64,000 bases of DNA from Gammaproteobacteria bacterium (lineage in GTDB: Bacteria > Pseudomonadota > Gammaproteobacteria > GCA-001735895), in NCBI GenBank assembly GCA_052030825.1, contig JBPEYE010000392.1:10012-74011 (forward strand), given 5' to 3'. Below are positions 29,373 through 38,015 of the stretch, piece by piece. A program made the position numbers and the translations under genes. A model generated the notes under the pieces. It was not told the origin of the DNA. It worked only from the letters and a program-made list of their open reading frames with translations, and did not search any database. Within the stretch, counting starts at the first letter, position 1. Each line of letters starts with the position of its first letter.

Positions 29373-30740
29373 TCAGAGCATCTGCTTGCGCAGATGATTG
29401 ATCAGGTCGATACGCGTGATCAACCCGTAGAAGACGTCCCCGTCGGCAATGATCGCGACCTTGTCCGACTTGAACAGCGTGACGATGTCGTCGATCGAAG
29501 CGCTCGGCGGCATCGTGTCGAGATCCCTGACCATGACCTCGCCGACCGCCATCTGGAAGCTGTCCTTGTCCTCGTAAATCCCGAGCAGGATGTCCGATTC
29601 GTCGATCAGCCCGACGATGTGCCCGGCGTCGACCACCGGTAGCTGCGAAACGTCGAACATGCGCATGCGTTTGTAGGTCGTGATCAGATTGTCTTCCGGG
29701 GTCACCGTCACCATGTCGCCGCTGTCCATCGGTCGCGCGATGAGATCGCGCAGGTCGCCGTGGGACTCGCGTTCGAGCAGGCCCTGGTCGGCGAGCCACG
29801 AATCGTTGAACGATTTGTTCAGGTACTTGTTGCCGGTGTCGCAGGCGAAGGTCAGAACGCGCTTCGGTTCGGTCTGTTCGCGGCAGTAGCGCAATGCCGC
29901 CGACAGCAGCGTGCCGCTCGACGACCCGGCGATGATGCCCTCGAGGCGCAGCAACTCGCGCTGCGTGGCAAAGGCTTCGCGGTCGGAAATGGCATAGGCT
30001 TTCTTGACCAGGCTGATATCGCAGATCGGCGGCAGGAAATCCTCGCCGATGCCCTCGACCAGCCACGAGCTGGCCTTCGGCGTGGTGCCGGTATTGATCG
30101 TGTCGGCGAGAATCGAACCGACCGGGTCGGCGACGATCATTTCGAGCTCGGGCAGATTCTCGTGGAAAAAATGACCGAGCCCGGTCACCGTGCCGCTGGA
30201 ACCGACGCCGACGACCACCGCGTCGAGTCGGCCGTCCATCTGCCGCAGGATTTCGGGGCCGGTGACGGTCTCGTGGGTTTTCGGGTTGTTCGGATTGGAG
30301 AATTGATCGATGAAGTACGAATTCGGAATTTCAGCGGCGAGGCGCTTGGCGTAGTCCTGGTAGTACTCGGGGTGACCTTTTTGCACGTCCGAGCGCGTCA
30401 GCCGCACGTCGACGCCCATCGCGCGAATATGGCGAATCTTGTCGGGGCTCATCTTGTCCGGAATTACGAGAATCAGCTGATAGCCCTTCTGCGCCGCGAC
30501 GAGGCCGAGGCCGAGGCCGGTGTTGCCGGCGGTCGCCTCGATGATCGTGCCGCCGGGTTTTATCTTGCCCTCGCGTTCGGCCGCTTCGATCATGCACACC
30601 GCGATGCGGTCCTTGATCGAGCCGCCGGGATTCTCCGACTCCATCTTGACATAGAGTTCGCAGGGGCCGGTGTCGAACTTGCTGAGTTTCAGGATTGGCG
30701 TTTCGCCGATCAATTCGAGCACTGAATTAACGATGGTCAT
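29373..30740 (-). CDS. Cystathionine beta-synthase (PLP cysteine-synthase fold plus tandem CBS domains)
   Basis: N-terminal PLP fold-II with the lysine motif (SIKDR) and GNTG loop, and a C-terminal Bateman (2x CBS) module. Confidence 0.88.
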   Translation of the reverse strand: MTIVNSVLELIGETPILKLSKFDTGPCELYVKMESENPGGSIKDRIAVCMIEAAEREGKIKPGGTIIEATAGNTGLGLGLVAAQKGYQLILVIPDKMSPDKIRHIRAMGVDVRLTRSDVQKGHPEYYQDYAKRLAAEIPNSYFIDQFSNPNNPKTHETVTGPEILRQMDGRLDAVVVGVGSSGTVTGLGHFFHENLPELEMIVADPVGSILADTINTGTTPKASSWLVEGIGEDFLPPICDISLVKKAYAISDREAFATQRELLRLEGIIAGSSSGTLLSAALRYCREQTEPKRVLTFACDTGNKYLNKSFNDSWLADQGLLERESHGDLRDLIARPMDSGDMVTVTPEDNLITTYKRMRMFDVSQLPVVDAGHIVGLIDESDILLGIYEDKDSFQMAVGEVMVRDLDTMPPSASIDDIVTLFKSDKVAIIADGDVFYGLITRIDLINHLRKQML

Positions 30741-30762
30741 GGTCGCTCCTCCTGCGGCGGAC

Positions 30763-31872
30763 TCAGAAACGGGAACCAGTATAACTGACGCGGCAGGCGG
30801 ACAGCGCGAGCCACTCGGGATCGATCTCGATGCCCCAGCCGGGCGCGTCTGAAATTTCGACTCGGCCGTCGGTGATTTCGTAACCGGGACTGAATATTCC
30901 CGCTTGCCACGGGTAATAGTCGAGCCCCTCGATCGAGTACTCGACGTACTTGCCGGCGTTTTCGATCGCCGCCATGAAATGGATCGAGAACAGCGTCACC
31001 AGCGACAGGTTGGCCGAGTGCAGCGTGCACGGCAAGCCGGCGGTGCGCGCGTATTCGGCGACCTCGAGGGTGCGCGTGATACCCCCCATGTAGCAGATGT
31101 CGGGCTGTATCACGTCGACCGCGCGGGTATCGATCATTTGCCGCCACACGATCAGGTTGTTGTCCTGTTCGCCACCGGTCACGTCGATGTCGAGCGCCGC
31201 GGTAACCTCGCGCGTCCAGTCGAGTTGCCAGTAGGGACAGGGCTCCTCGAAGTGGTTTATGCCGTAATCGGTGAGCAGCCGGCCGATTTCGATGGCCTTT
31301 TGCGGCGTGTACGCGCTGTTGGCATCGACCAGCAGCGTCGCGTCGTCGCCGAGCGTCTCGCGCATCGTCTTGACGATCGCCTCGGTGCGCCCCGGCCACT
31401 GGTCGCTATCGCGGCCGCACTCGCGCCCGATGCGGAACTTGAAGGCGCTGAAACCGTGCGCTTCGCGCAGCCCGAGCATGCGTTCGGCCTCGGCTTCGGG
31501 CGTAATTTCGCGCTGCATGCTCGACGCGTAGACCGGGAAATCGCGACGTTCGCCGCCGAGCAATTGCTGCACGCGCTTGCCGGCACGCTTGCCGGCGATG
31601 TCCCACAACGCGGTGTCGACGCCGGCGAGCGCGCGGTACAGGTAGGTTCCCTGGAACTTGTGCTCGCGCTCGAGCACGGTCTGCGTGACCGCGTCGATGT
31701 CGGCCGCGTTCATGCCGAGTACATGGGGTGCGACCTGGCGATGCAGCACCTCGACCGTGAGATCGGCCATGTAGGGCGAAACCTGTCCCCAGCCCTCGTC
31801 GCCTTCGTCGCTGCGCACCCGGACCAGCGCCACGTATTCGGTGGCGAAGGTCTCGATGCTGGCGATAATCAT
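30763..31872 (-). CDS. Mandelate racemase/muconate-lactonizing enzyme family protein (enolase superfamily; function unassigned)
   Basis: A 369-aa protein with a capping domain and a TIM barrel with metal-ligand positions (KFRIG..., LLVDANSAYT, EEPC, DVIQPD). Its start follows the upstream stop after 1 nt. Confidence 0.8.
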   Translation of the reverse strand: MIIASIETFATEYVALVRVRSDEGDEGWGQVSPYMADLTVEVLHRQVAPHVLGMNAADIDAVTQTVLEREHKFQGTYLYRALAGVDTALWDIAGKRAGKRVQQLLGGERRDFPVYASSMQREITPEAEAERMLGLREAHGFSAFKFRIGRECGRDSDQWPGRTEAIVKTMRETLGDDATLLVDANSAYTPQKAIEIGRLLTDYGINHFEEPCPYWQLDWTREVTAALDIDVTGGEQDNNLIVWRQMIDTRAVDVIQPDICYMGGITRTLEVAEYARTAGLPCTLHSANLSLVTLFSIHFMAAIENAGKYVEYSIEGLDYYPWQAGIFSPGYEITDGRVEISDAPGWGIEIDPEWLALSACRVSYTGSRF

Positions 31873-31873
31873 C

Positions 31874-33073
31874 TCAGCCGGCGAGCCGGTCGAGCGCCTG
31901 CCTGAGATCGGCGATCAGGTCATCGGCCGACTCGAGCCCCGCCGACAGCCGCACGAGGCCGTCGGTGATCCCGGCGGCGAGCCGTTCCTCGACCGGCATG
32001 TCGGCATGGGTCATCGTCACCGAATGCGTGACCAGCGATTCGACCGAACCGAGATTTTCGGCGAGGCTCCAGAGTTCGAGCGTATCCATCAATTGCTTGC
32101 CGGCGGCGACGCCGCCCTTGACCTCGAACCACAGCATCGAGCCGTGCCCGCTGGCCTGGCGGTCGGCGAGTTCCTTTTGCGGGAAGGACTCGAGGCCGGG
32201 ATAGGCAACCCGCTCGACCATCGGGTGGGTCTCGAGAAAGCGCCCGACCTCGAGCGCGTTTTTCGACTGCGCCTCGAGGCGCGTGCTCATCGTCTTGATG
32301 CCCTGCAGGGTGTAGAACGCCACCATCGGCGACATGTTGCTGCCGAGGCAGTTGCGCACGAACATGATGCGCTCGAGATGGTCGGGGTCGGACGCGGTAA
32401 TCGAGCCGCCGACGCTGATGTTATGACCTTCCATGAACTTGGTCGTACTGTGCAGCGTGATGTCGGCGCCGAGCTCTAGCGGACGCTGGTAGTAGGGCGT
32501 CAGGAAGGTGTTGTCGACGACGTGCGGGATACCGCGGGCGCGGGCGATCTCGGACACCGCGGCGATATCGGTCAGCTTGAGCGTCGGGTTGGCCGGCGTC
32601 TCGGTAAAAATCAGCTTCGTGTTGTCACGAATCGCCGCGTCGACATTGGCGGCGTCGGCGGTGTCGACGAAACTGGCCTCGAGCCCCCAGCGGTTCAGTA
32701 CCTTGGTCGTCACCCGGTGGGTGCCGCCGTAGACGACGTCGGACAGGACGATATGATCGCCGGCGTCGAGCAGCGCCATCAGCGTGCAGGAGGTCGCGGC
32801 CATCCCGGTGGCGAAACACAGGCTGCCGACGCCGCCCTCGAGCGCGGTGATGCGCGCCTCGAGCGCGGTCACGGTCGGATTACCCGAGCGGCTGTAGGAA
32901 TAGCCCTTGGCGAGATACTGGTCGACCGATTCCTGGACGTAGGTCGTGCTCTGGTAGATCGGCGTCAGGATCGCACCGGTGACCGGGTCGGGGGACACGC
33001 CGGCGTGCACCTCGCGGGTCTTGAAATGGGGCTTGTCGCGGCCGCTCATCGGCTCTCCTCGGGGTGGTGGCAA
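31874..33073 (-). CDS. Cystathionine gamma-lyase / gamma-synthase family PLP enzyme (trans-sulfuration)
   Basis: Cys/Met-metabolism PLP family with the lysine motif (TKFMEGHN-like region) and an N-terminal YSRSGNPT block. The alternative Met start at 33049 is likelier. Confidence 0.88.
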   Translation of the reverse strand: MPPPRGEPMSGRDKPHFKTREVHAGVSPDPVTGAILTPIYQSTTYVQESVDQYLAKGYSYSRSGNPTVTALEARITALEGGVGSLCFATGMAATSCTLMALLDAGDHIVLSDVVYGGTHRVTTKVLNRWGLEASFVDTADAANVDAAIRDNTKLIFTETPANPTLKLTDIAAVSEIARARGIPHVVDNTFLTPYYQRPLELGADITLHSTTKFMEGHNISVGGSITASDPDHLERIMFVRNCLGSNMSPMVAFYTLQGIKTMSTRLEAQSKNALEVGRFLETHPMVERVAYPGLESFPQKELADRQASGHGSMLWFEVKGGVAAGKQLMDTLELWSLAENLGSVESLVTHSVTMTHADMPVEERLAAGITDGLVRLSAGLESADDLIADLRQALDRLAG

Positions 33074-33097
33074 AGGCGCTCAGTGTAGCATTTCGCA

Positions 33098-35254
33098 ATG
33101 ACAGCACAAGCCGGCGGCGTCGCGGTGAAACACTGGCGCCGGCACCTGCCTTCTTGCACAATGGCCCGCATGGCTGCCGTCGCCTATCCCGCGGTGGGCT
33201 TCTCCGCCTGCCCCCACGACTGCCCGAGCACCTGCGCGCTCGAAGTCGAACTGCTCGACGCGCGCACCGTCGGGCGCGTGCGCGGTGCGCGCGATAACAG
33301 CTACACCGCCGGGGTACTGTGCGCCAAGGTCGCCCGTTACGCCGAGCGCGTGCACCATCCCGAGCGTCTCGGCAAACCCTTGCGACGGCGTGGACCCAAA
33401 GGGCAGGGTCGCGACGCCTTCGTCGAAATTGGCTGGGACGACGCGCTCGACGAAATCGCCGATCGATACGCATGCGCCATTCAGCGCCACGGCAGCGAAA
33501 CGCTGTGGCCGTACCACTACGCCGGTACGATGGGGCTGCTGCAACGCGACAGCATCGAACTGTTTCGCAACCTGCTGAAGACGTCGCGGCAGCATTCGAC
33601 TTTCTGCATCACCCTCGCCGATGCCGGCTGGCTTGCCGGCGCCGGGATCAAGCGCGGCGCCGATCCGCGCCGAATGGCGGACAGCGACCTGATCGTCAAC
33701 TGGGGCGGAAACCCGGTCTATACCCAGGTCAACGTAATGCACCACGTCGCCCGCGCGCGGCGTGAGCGCGGCGCGCGGCTGATCGTCGTCGACACCTACC
33801 GTAACGCAACCGCGCAAAAGGCGGACCAGTTCCTGATGCTGTGTCCGGGCACTGACGGCGCGCTCGCCTGCGCGGTCATGCATCAGCTGTTTGCCGATGA
33901 TCTCGTCGACCGCGCCTACCTCGAGCGCTATACCGATGCGCCGGACGAACTCGAGGCGCATCTGGCGGCGCGCACGCCGGCCTGGGCCGCGGAAATTACC
34001 GGCCTCGACGCGGCCGAAATCATCGAGTTCGCGCGCTGCTACGGCTCGACGCCGAACAGTTTTCTGCGTCTCGGCTATGGTTTTACGCGCTCGCGTAATG
34101 GCGCGGTCAACATGCATGCCGCCGCCTGTCTGCCGGCATTGACCGGCGCCTGGCAATATCCGGGCGGCGGCGCACTCTACGCCAACGGCGGTATGTACGC
34201 CATCGATCAGTCCGTCATCAAGGGGCTCGACGTGCTCGACCCGGCGACCCGTGTCCTCGACCAGTCGCGCATCGGCGACGTACTCGTCGGCAATCCGCGC
34301 GATCTGGGCGACGGACCGCCGGTCACCGCGCTGCTGGTGCAGAACACCAACCCGGTGGTGGTCGCGCCGGAGACGCGCAAGGTGCTCGACGGTTTCGCGC
34401 GCAACGACCTGTTCGTTTGCGTGCACGAGCAGTTCATGACCGAAACCGCGGCGCAGGCCGACATCGTGCTGCCGGCGACGATGTTTCTCGAGCACGACGA
34501 TTTTTACCAGGCCGGCGGGCATACCCACCTGCAGGTCACGCGCGCGCTGATCGAGCCGTTCGCCGAGTGCCGATCGAATCACTGGGTGCTGGGGCAGATC
34601 GCCAGGCGCCTCGGCCACAGCCATCCAGGGTTCGAGCAAACGCCGCGCGCGCTGATCGACGACGCCCTGCGGCGCAGCGGGTTGCCCGACGAGGCGACGC
34701 TTTTCGCGGCGCACTGGCACGATTGCGCGACGGACTTCGAACACACCAATTTTCTCGACGGATTCGAAACCCCGGACCGCCGGTTTCATTTCAAACCCGA
34801 CTGGAGCGGGGTCGGACCGGATCACGCGGCACTGCCGGCGCTGCCGGATCATTTGCCGGTGATGCACGAAGCCGATGACCAGCATCCTTTTCGCCTGGTC
34901 GCGGCGCCGGCGCGGCAATTCCTCAATACCAGCTTTACCGAAACCCCGACCTCGCGCCGCGCCGAGCGCCGGCCGACGCTGTTGATTCATCCGGCCGATG
35001 CCGCCGCGCTCGGCGTCGTCGACGGAGGTCTCGCCCGCATCGGCAACCGGCTGGCCGACATCTTGCTGCACGCGCGGCATTTCGACGGCGTGCAGCGCGG
35101 CGTCGTCATCGTCGAGAGTATCTGGCCGAATCGCGATTTCATCGAGGGTCTCGGGGTCAACGCGCTGGTGTCGGCCGAACCCGGGCTGCCCAACGGCGGT
35201 GCGATCTACCACGATACCGCGGTCTGGATTCGTGCTGCGGCGGAGGACGATTGA
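33098..35254 (+). CDS. Molybdopterin-dependent oxidoreductase (MopB superfamily, FdhF/YdeP-like), N-terminal [4Fe-4S] motif
   Basis: CPHDCPSTC...C cysteine cluster at the N-terminus, with molybdopterin-guanine-dinucleotide binding blocks. About 700 aa. The start may be the Met at 33161. Confidence 0.85.
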   Translation: MTAQAGGVAVKHWRRHLPSCTMARMAAVAYPAVGFSACPHDCPSTCALEVELLDARTVGRVRGARDNSYTAGVLCAKVARYAERVHHPERLGKPLRRRGPKGQGRDAFVEIGWDDALDEIADRYACAIQRHGSETLWPYHYAGTMGLLQRDSIELFRNLLKTSRQHSTFCITLADAGWLAGAGIKRGADPRRMADSDLIVNWGGNPVYTQVNVMHHVARARRERGARLIVVDTYRNATAQKADQFLMLCPGTDGALACAVMHQLFADDLVDRAYLERYTDAPDELEAHLAARTPAWAAEITGLDAAEIIEFARCYGSTPNSFLRLGYGFTRSRNGAVNMHAAACLPALTGAWQYPGGGALYANGGMYAIDQSVIKGLDVLDPATRVLDQSRIGDVLVGNPRDLGDGPPVTALLVQNTNPVVVAPETRKVLDGFARNDLFVCVHEQFMTETAAQADIVLPATMFLEHDDFYQAGGHTHLQVTRALIEPFAECRSNHWVLGQIARRLGHSHPGFEQTPRALIDDALRRSGLPDEATLFAAHWHDCATDFEHTNFLDGFETPDRRFHFKPDWSGVGPDHAALPALPDHLPVMHEADDQHPFRLVAAPARQFLNTSFTETPTSRRAERRPTLLIHPADAAALGVVDGGLARIGNRLADILLHARHFDGVQRGVVIVESIWPNRDFIEGLGVNALVSAEPGLPNGGAIYHDTAVWIRAAAEDD

Positions 35255-35619
35255 TGAAACAGCATGAAAAAATCGACTACGTCGAATTCCCGGCCCGCGA
35301 TCTCGAGGCGACCCGAAGGTTTTTCAGCGCCGCCTTCGGCTGGACCTTCGACGAATACGGGCCCGACTATTGCGCGTTCACCGGCCAGGGTCTCGACGGC
35401 GGCTTTTATCGCGCGCCGCTGTATTCGAGCACGCAAGCCGGCGGCGCCTTGCTGGTGTTCTACAGCGACGACCTCGAGGCGACCCTGGCATCCGTCGAGC
35501 GCGCCGGCGGCAAGATCGTCAAACCGATCTTCGCCTTTCCCGGGGGGCGTCGTTTTCATTTTACCGAACCCAGCGGCAACGAGCTTGCGGTCTGGTCGGA
35601 TGCCGGCAGCGAGGAATAG
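35254..35619 (+). CDS. VOC family protein (glyoxalase/bleomycin-resistance/dioxygenase fold)
   Basis: A 121-aa protein with a VOC beta-alpha-beta-beta-beta module. The ATG overlaps the upstream stop (TGATG) and a GGAGG Shine-Dalgarno lies 7 nt upstream. Confidence 0.75.
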   Translation: MKQHEKIDYVEFPARDLEATRRFFSAAFGWTFDEYGPDYCAFTGQGLDGGFYRAPLYSSTQAGGALLVFYSDDLEATLASVERAGGKIVKPIFAFPGGRRFHFTEPSGNELAVWSDAGSEE

Positions 35620-35623
35620 ACCG

Positions 35624-36256
35624 GTGGTCGGGATTTCCGCGGACGAAGCCCTCGAGCGCCTGGTCGACGGCAACCGGCGCTTCGTTGCCGATCTGCGCGC
35701 CGGCCTCGGCGAATCGGCGAGTGCGCGGAGCTATCAGCTGGTCGCCGAGCAGCGCCCGTTCGCGATCGTGATTGGCTGCTCCGATGCGCGCGTGCCGGCC
35801 GAGATCGTCTTCGATCAGGGCCTCGGCGAACTGTTCGTGATCCGCGTCGCCGGCAACGTCATTGCGCCGTCGCAGATCGGTAGCGTCGAGTTCGCCGCCG
35901 AACGCTTCGGCACGCCGCTGGTGGTGGTGCTCGGCCACACCGGTTGCGGTGCGGTCGAGGCCACGCTCGAAGAACTCGAGCGCCCGAGCGACAGCCGCTC
36001 GCCGAACCTGAGCGCAATCGTCGAGCGCATCCGGCCGGCCGTCGAGCCGCTGTTGCAATCCGGGTCGGGCGACGATGCCGCGCGCCTGATGTCGCGGGCG
36101 GTGCGCGCCAACATTCGTGCATCGGTCGACCAATTGCGTCATGGCTCGGAAATCCTCGAGCGGCTGCTCGACGACGGCCGCCTCGTGATCGTCGGCGCCG
36201 AGTACTCGCTCGAAACCGGCGAGGTCGAGTTTCTCGAATCCGGCGACGAGTCGTGA
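35624..36256 (+). CDS. Beta-class carbonic anhydrase
   Basis: CSDARV...HTGCGAV zinc ligands (Cys, Asp-Arg dyad, His, Cys). The GTG start at 35624 follows the VOC stop by 4 nt. The longer track ORF from 35264 is a frame artefact. Confidence 0.85.
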   Translation: MVGISADEALERLVDGNRRFVADLRAGLGESASARSYQLVAEQRPFAIVIGCSDARVPAEIVFDQGLGELFVIRVAGNVIAPSQIGSVEFAAERFGTPLVVVLGHTGCGAVEATLEELERPSDSRSPNLSAIVERIRPAVEPLLQSGSGDDAARLMSRAVRANIRASVDQLRHGSEILERLLDDGRLVIVGAEYSLETGEVEFLESGDES

Positions 36257-38001
36257 GCGAGGGGCAGGCCGACCCTCGCGAAGCATTACGCCGCCTCGCG
36301 GCGGCGCCATTGCCGGTCGTCGCCGACTTGCGGGCCCGCGCGCGCGAAACGGCCGCGCAAATACGTCTCGGGCGCTCGGCGTTCCTCGAGGCGCACGGCG
36401 TTGACTCCGAATTCGACTACAAGCGCCAGGCCATGCGCGACGGACAGATCATGTATCACGCGCACATCGGCCTCAACGATGTCGACGCGACGACTGCGGC
36501 GCTGGCCGCGATCCATCGAGCACTCGCGGCGTCCGGTCATCGCCTCGACCGTGCCGGCTTCGCGCTCGATCGGCGTATGGGCCTCCCCCCCGGCCGACGC
36601 GCCGCGGTCGCGGCGGAAACCGGGCCGATGCTGGAGCGCGCAAGCGACTGGCGGGCGCTGGCGCAAACGGCGCCGATTCAGCCCCACCTCGGCGATTTCA
36701 TGATCGGCCAGCCGGCCTCGGTCGCCAACGCGGTCGCCGCGCTCGAGATCGGCTGTACCACCGTCGGTAACCTGTCACAGTACTTCAGCTTTGCCGCGCC
36801 CGGCTGGGACGATATTGCCGAAACCGCGGGGCAAACCTGCGAAGCGATGCTGATGCTCGCCGAGCTTCGCGAGCGTGGCGTGATGCTGCATTCCTACCTC
36901 GAAGACGGCTTCGGCGCGCTGTTCCGGCACTGCGCAACGGTCGCCGCCTGGGCGATGCTCGAGCATTACCTCGTCGAAGCGCTGCTCGGAGGACGGCTGG
37001 CGCACTGCATCGGCGGCCTGACCCGCGATCCGATTCGCCGGGTCGGCTGGGTCATCGCGCTCGATCGTATCCATCAGGGCGATCACGTCGGCTCGATGAT
37101 CTACGGCGATACGCTGTCCTTCGGCCACGAGTTCGAACGCAACCGCGCGCTGACCGCCGAGTACCTGAGCTGGGATATTCTTGCCCAGCTGCATACGCCG
37201 AGCGGCCACGCGGTGCTGCCGTTGCCGGTCACCGAGGCGCTTCGCATCCCGTCGGCGGACGAGATCATCGAGGCGCAATTATTCGGCCGACGCGTCGAGG
37301 CGAGCGCGCGACGGCTCTACCCGCATGTCGATTTCGGCGCCGCCGAGGCGTTCGCCGATGCCGTTTGCCGCGACGGCCAGGTCATATTCGAACGCGCGCT
37401 CGCCGGGCTCGCCGACGCTGGGGTCGACACGCGAAACCCGCTGCGCCTGCTTTACGTGCTCAAGCAACTGGGCGCGGCGCGCTTCGAATCGCTGTTCGCC
37501 GCTGATCTCGAGCTCGACGCGGCGCTGGTCACCGACATGTGCGCGCTGTCGCGCGACCTCGTCGACGAACACCGCGATCTGTTTGCCAGCGACGAGATGC
37601 GCGCGCGCGTCGCCGGGCGGCGCTTCGTCGTCGCCTCGACCGACGTCCACGAACACGCCGCCGGCGCGCTCGCGCAGTTGCTCGGCGAGGCCGGTGCCGG
37701 GGTGGTCTGGCTCGGTGCCGAGCAATCGCCGGGCGACCTCGTCGCCGCGTTGCTGCGCGAGTCGGCTGACGCGCTGCTGGTGAGTACCCACAACGGCATG
37801 GCCCTCGAATACGCGCGACAATTGCGCGAACGGCTCGATCGCGCGAATCTGTCGCTGCCGGTCGTCATCGGCGGGGTGCTGAACCAGAAGACTGCCGACG
37901 CCGAGTTGCCGGCGCCGGTGCTCGATGAGCTACGCGCGCTCGGCATGCGGCCGGCGGTGAGCCTGCCGGGGCTCGGCAAGCTGCTCGAGTTCAAACCCTA
38001 G
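36253..38001 (+). CDS. Cobalamin-binding-domain protein: ~430-aa N-terminal domain of uncertain family fused to a C-terminal B12-binding Rossmann-like domain
   Basis: The C-terminus (VVASTDVHEHAAG...VSTHNG...VVIGGV) resembles the DxHxxG-SxL-GG B12-binding domain but with atypical spacing. The N-terminal family is not recognised; any mutase or TIM-barrel assignment is a guess. The GTG start overlaps the carbonic anhydrase stop (GTGA). Confidence 0.65.
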   Translation: MSEGQADPREALRRLAAAPLPVVADLRARARETAAQIRLGRSAFLEAHGVDSEFDYKRQAMRDGQIMYHAHIGLNDVDATTAALAAIHRALAASGHRLDRAGFALDRRMGLPPGRRAAVAAETGPMLERASDWRALAQTAPIQPHLGDFMIGQPASVANAVAALEIGCTTVGNLSQYFSFAAPGWDDIAETAGQTCEAMLMLAELRERGVMLHSYLEDGFGALFRHCATVAAWAMLEHYLVEALLGGRLAHCIGGLTRDPIRRVGWVIALDRIHQGDHVGSMIYGDTLSFGHEFERNRALTAEYLSWDILAQLHTPSGHAVLPLPVTEALRIPSADEIIEAQLFGRRVEASARRLYPHVDFGAAEAFADAVCRDGQVIFERALAGLADAGVDTRNPLRLLYVLKQLGAARFESLFAADLELDAALVTDMCALSRDLVDEHRDLFASDEMRARVAGRRFVVASTDVHEHAAGALAQLLGEAGAGVVWLGAEQSPGDLVAALLRESADALLVSTHNGMALEYARQLRERLDRANLSLPVVIGGVLNQKTADAELPAPVLDELRALGMRPAVSLPGLGKLLEFKP

Positions 38002-38015
38002 GCGGTGCTCGCACC

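Noticed and set aside
35264-36256. 330-aa ORF-track model spanning the VOC gene and carbonic anhydrase in another frame.
   Set aside because: - Its N-terminal 120 codons are an alternative frame of the VOC gene with a low-complexity translation.
- The carbonic anhydrase homology begins at the GTG at 35624, 4 nt after the VOC stop.
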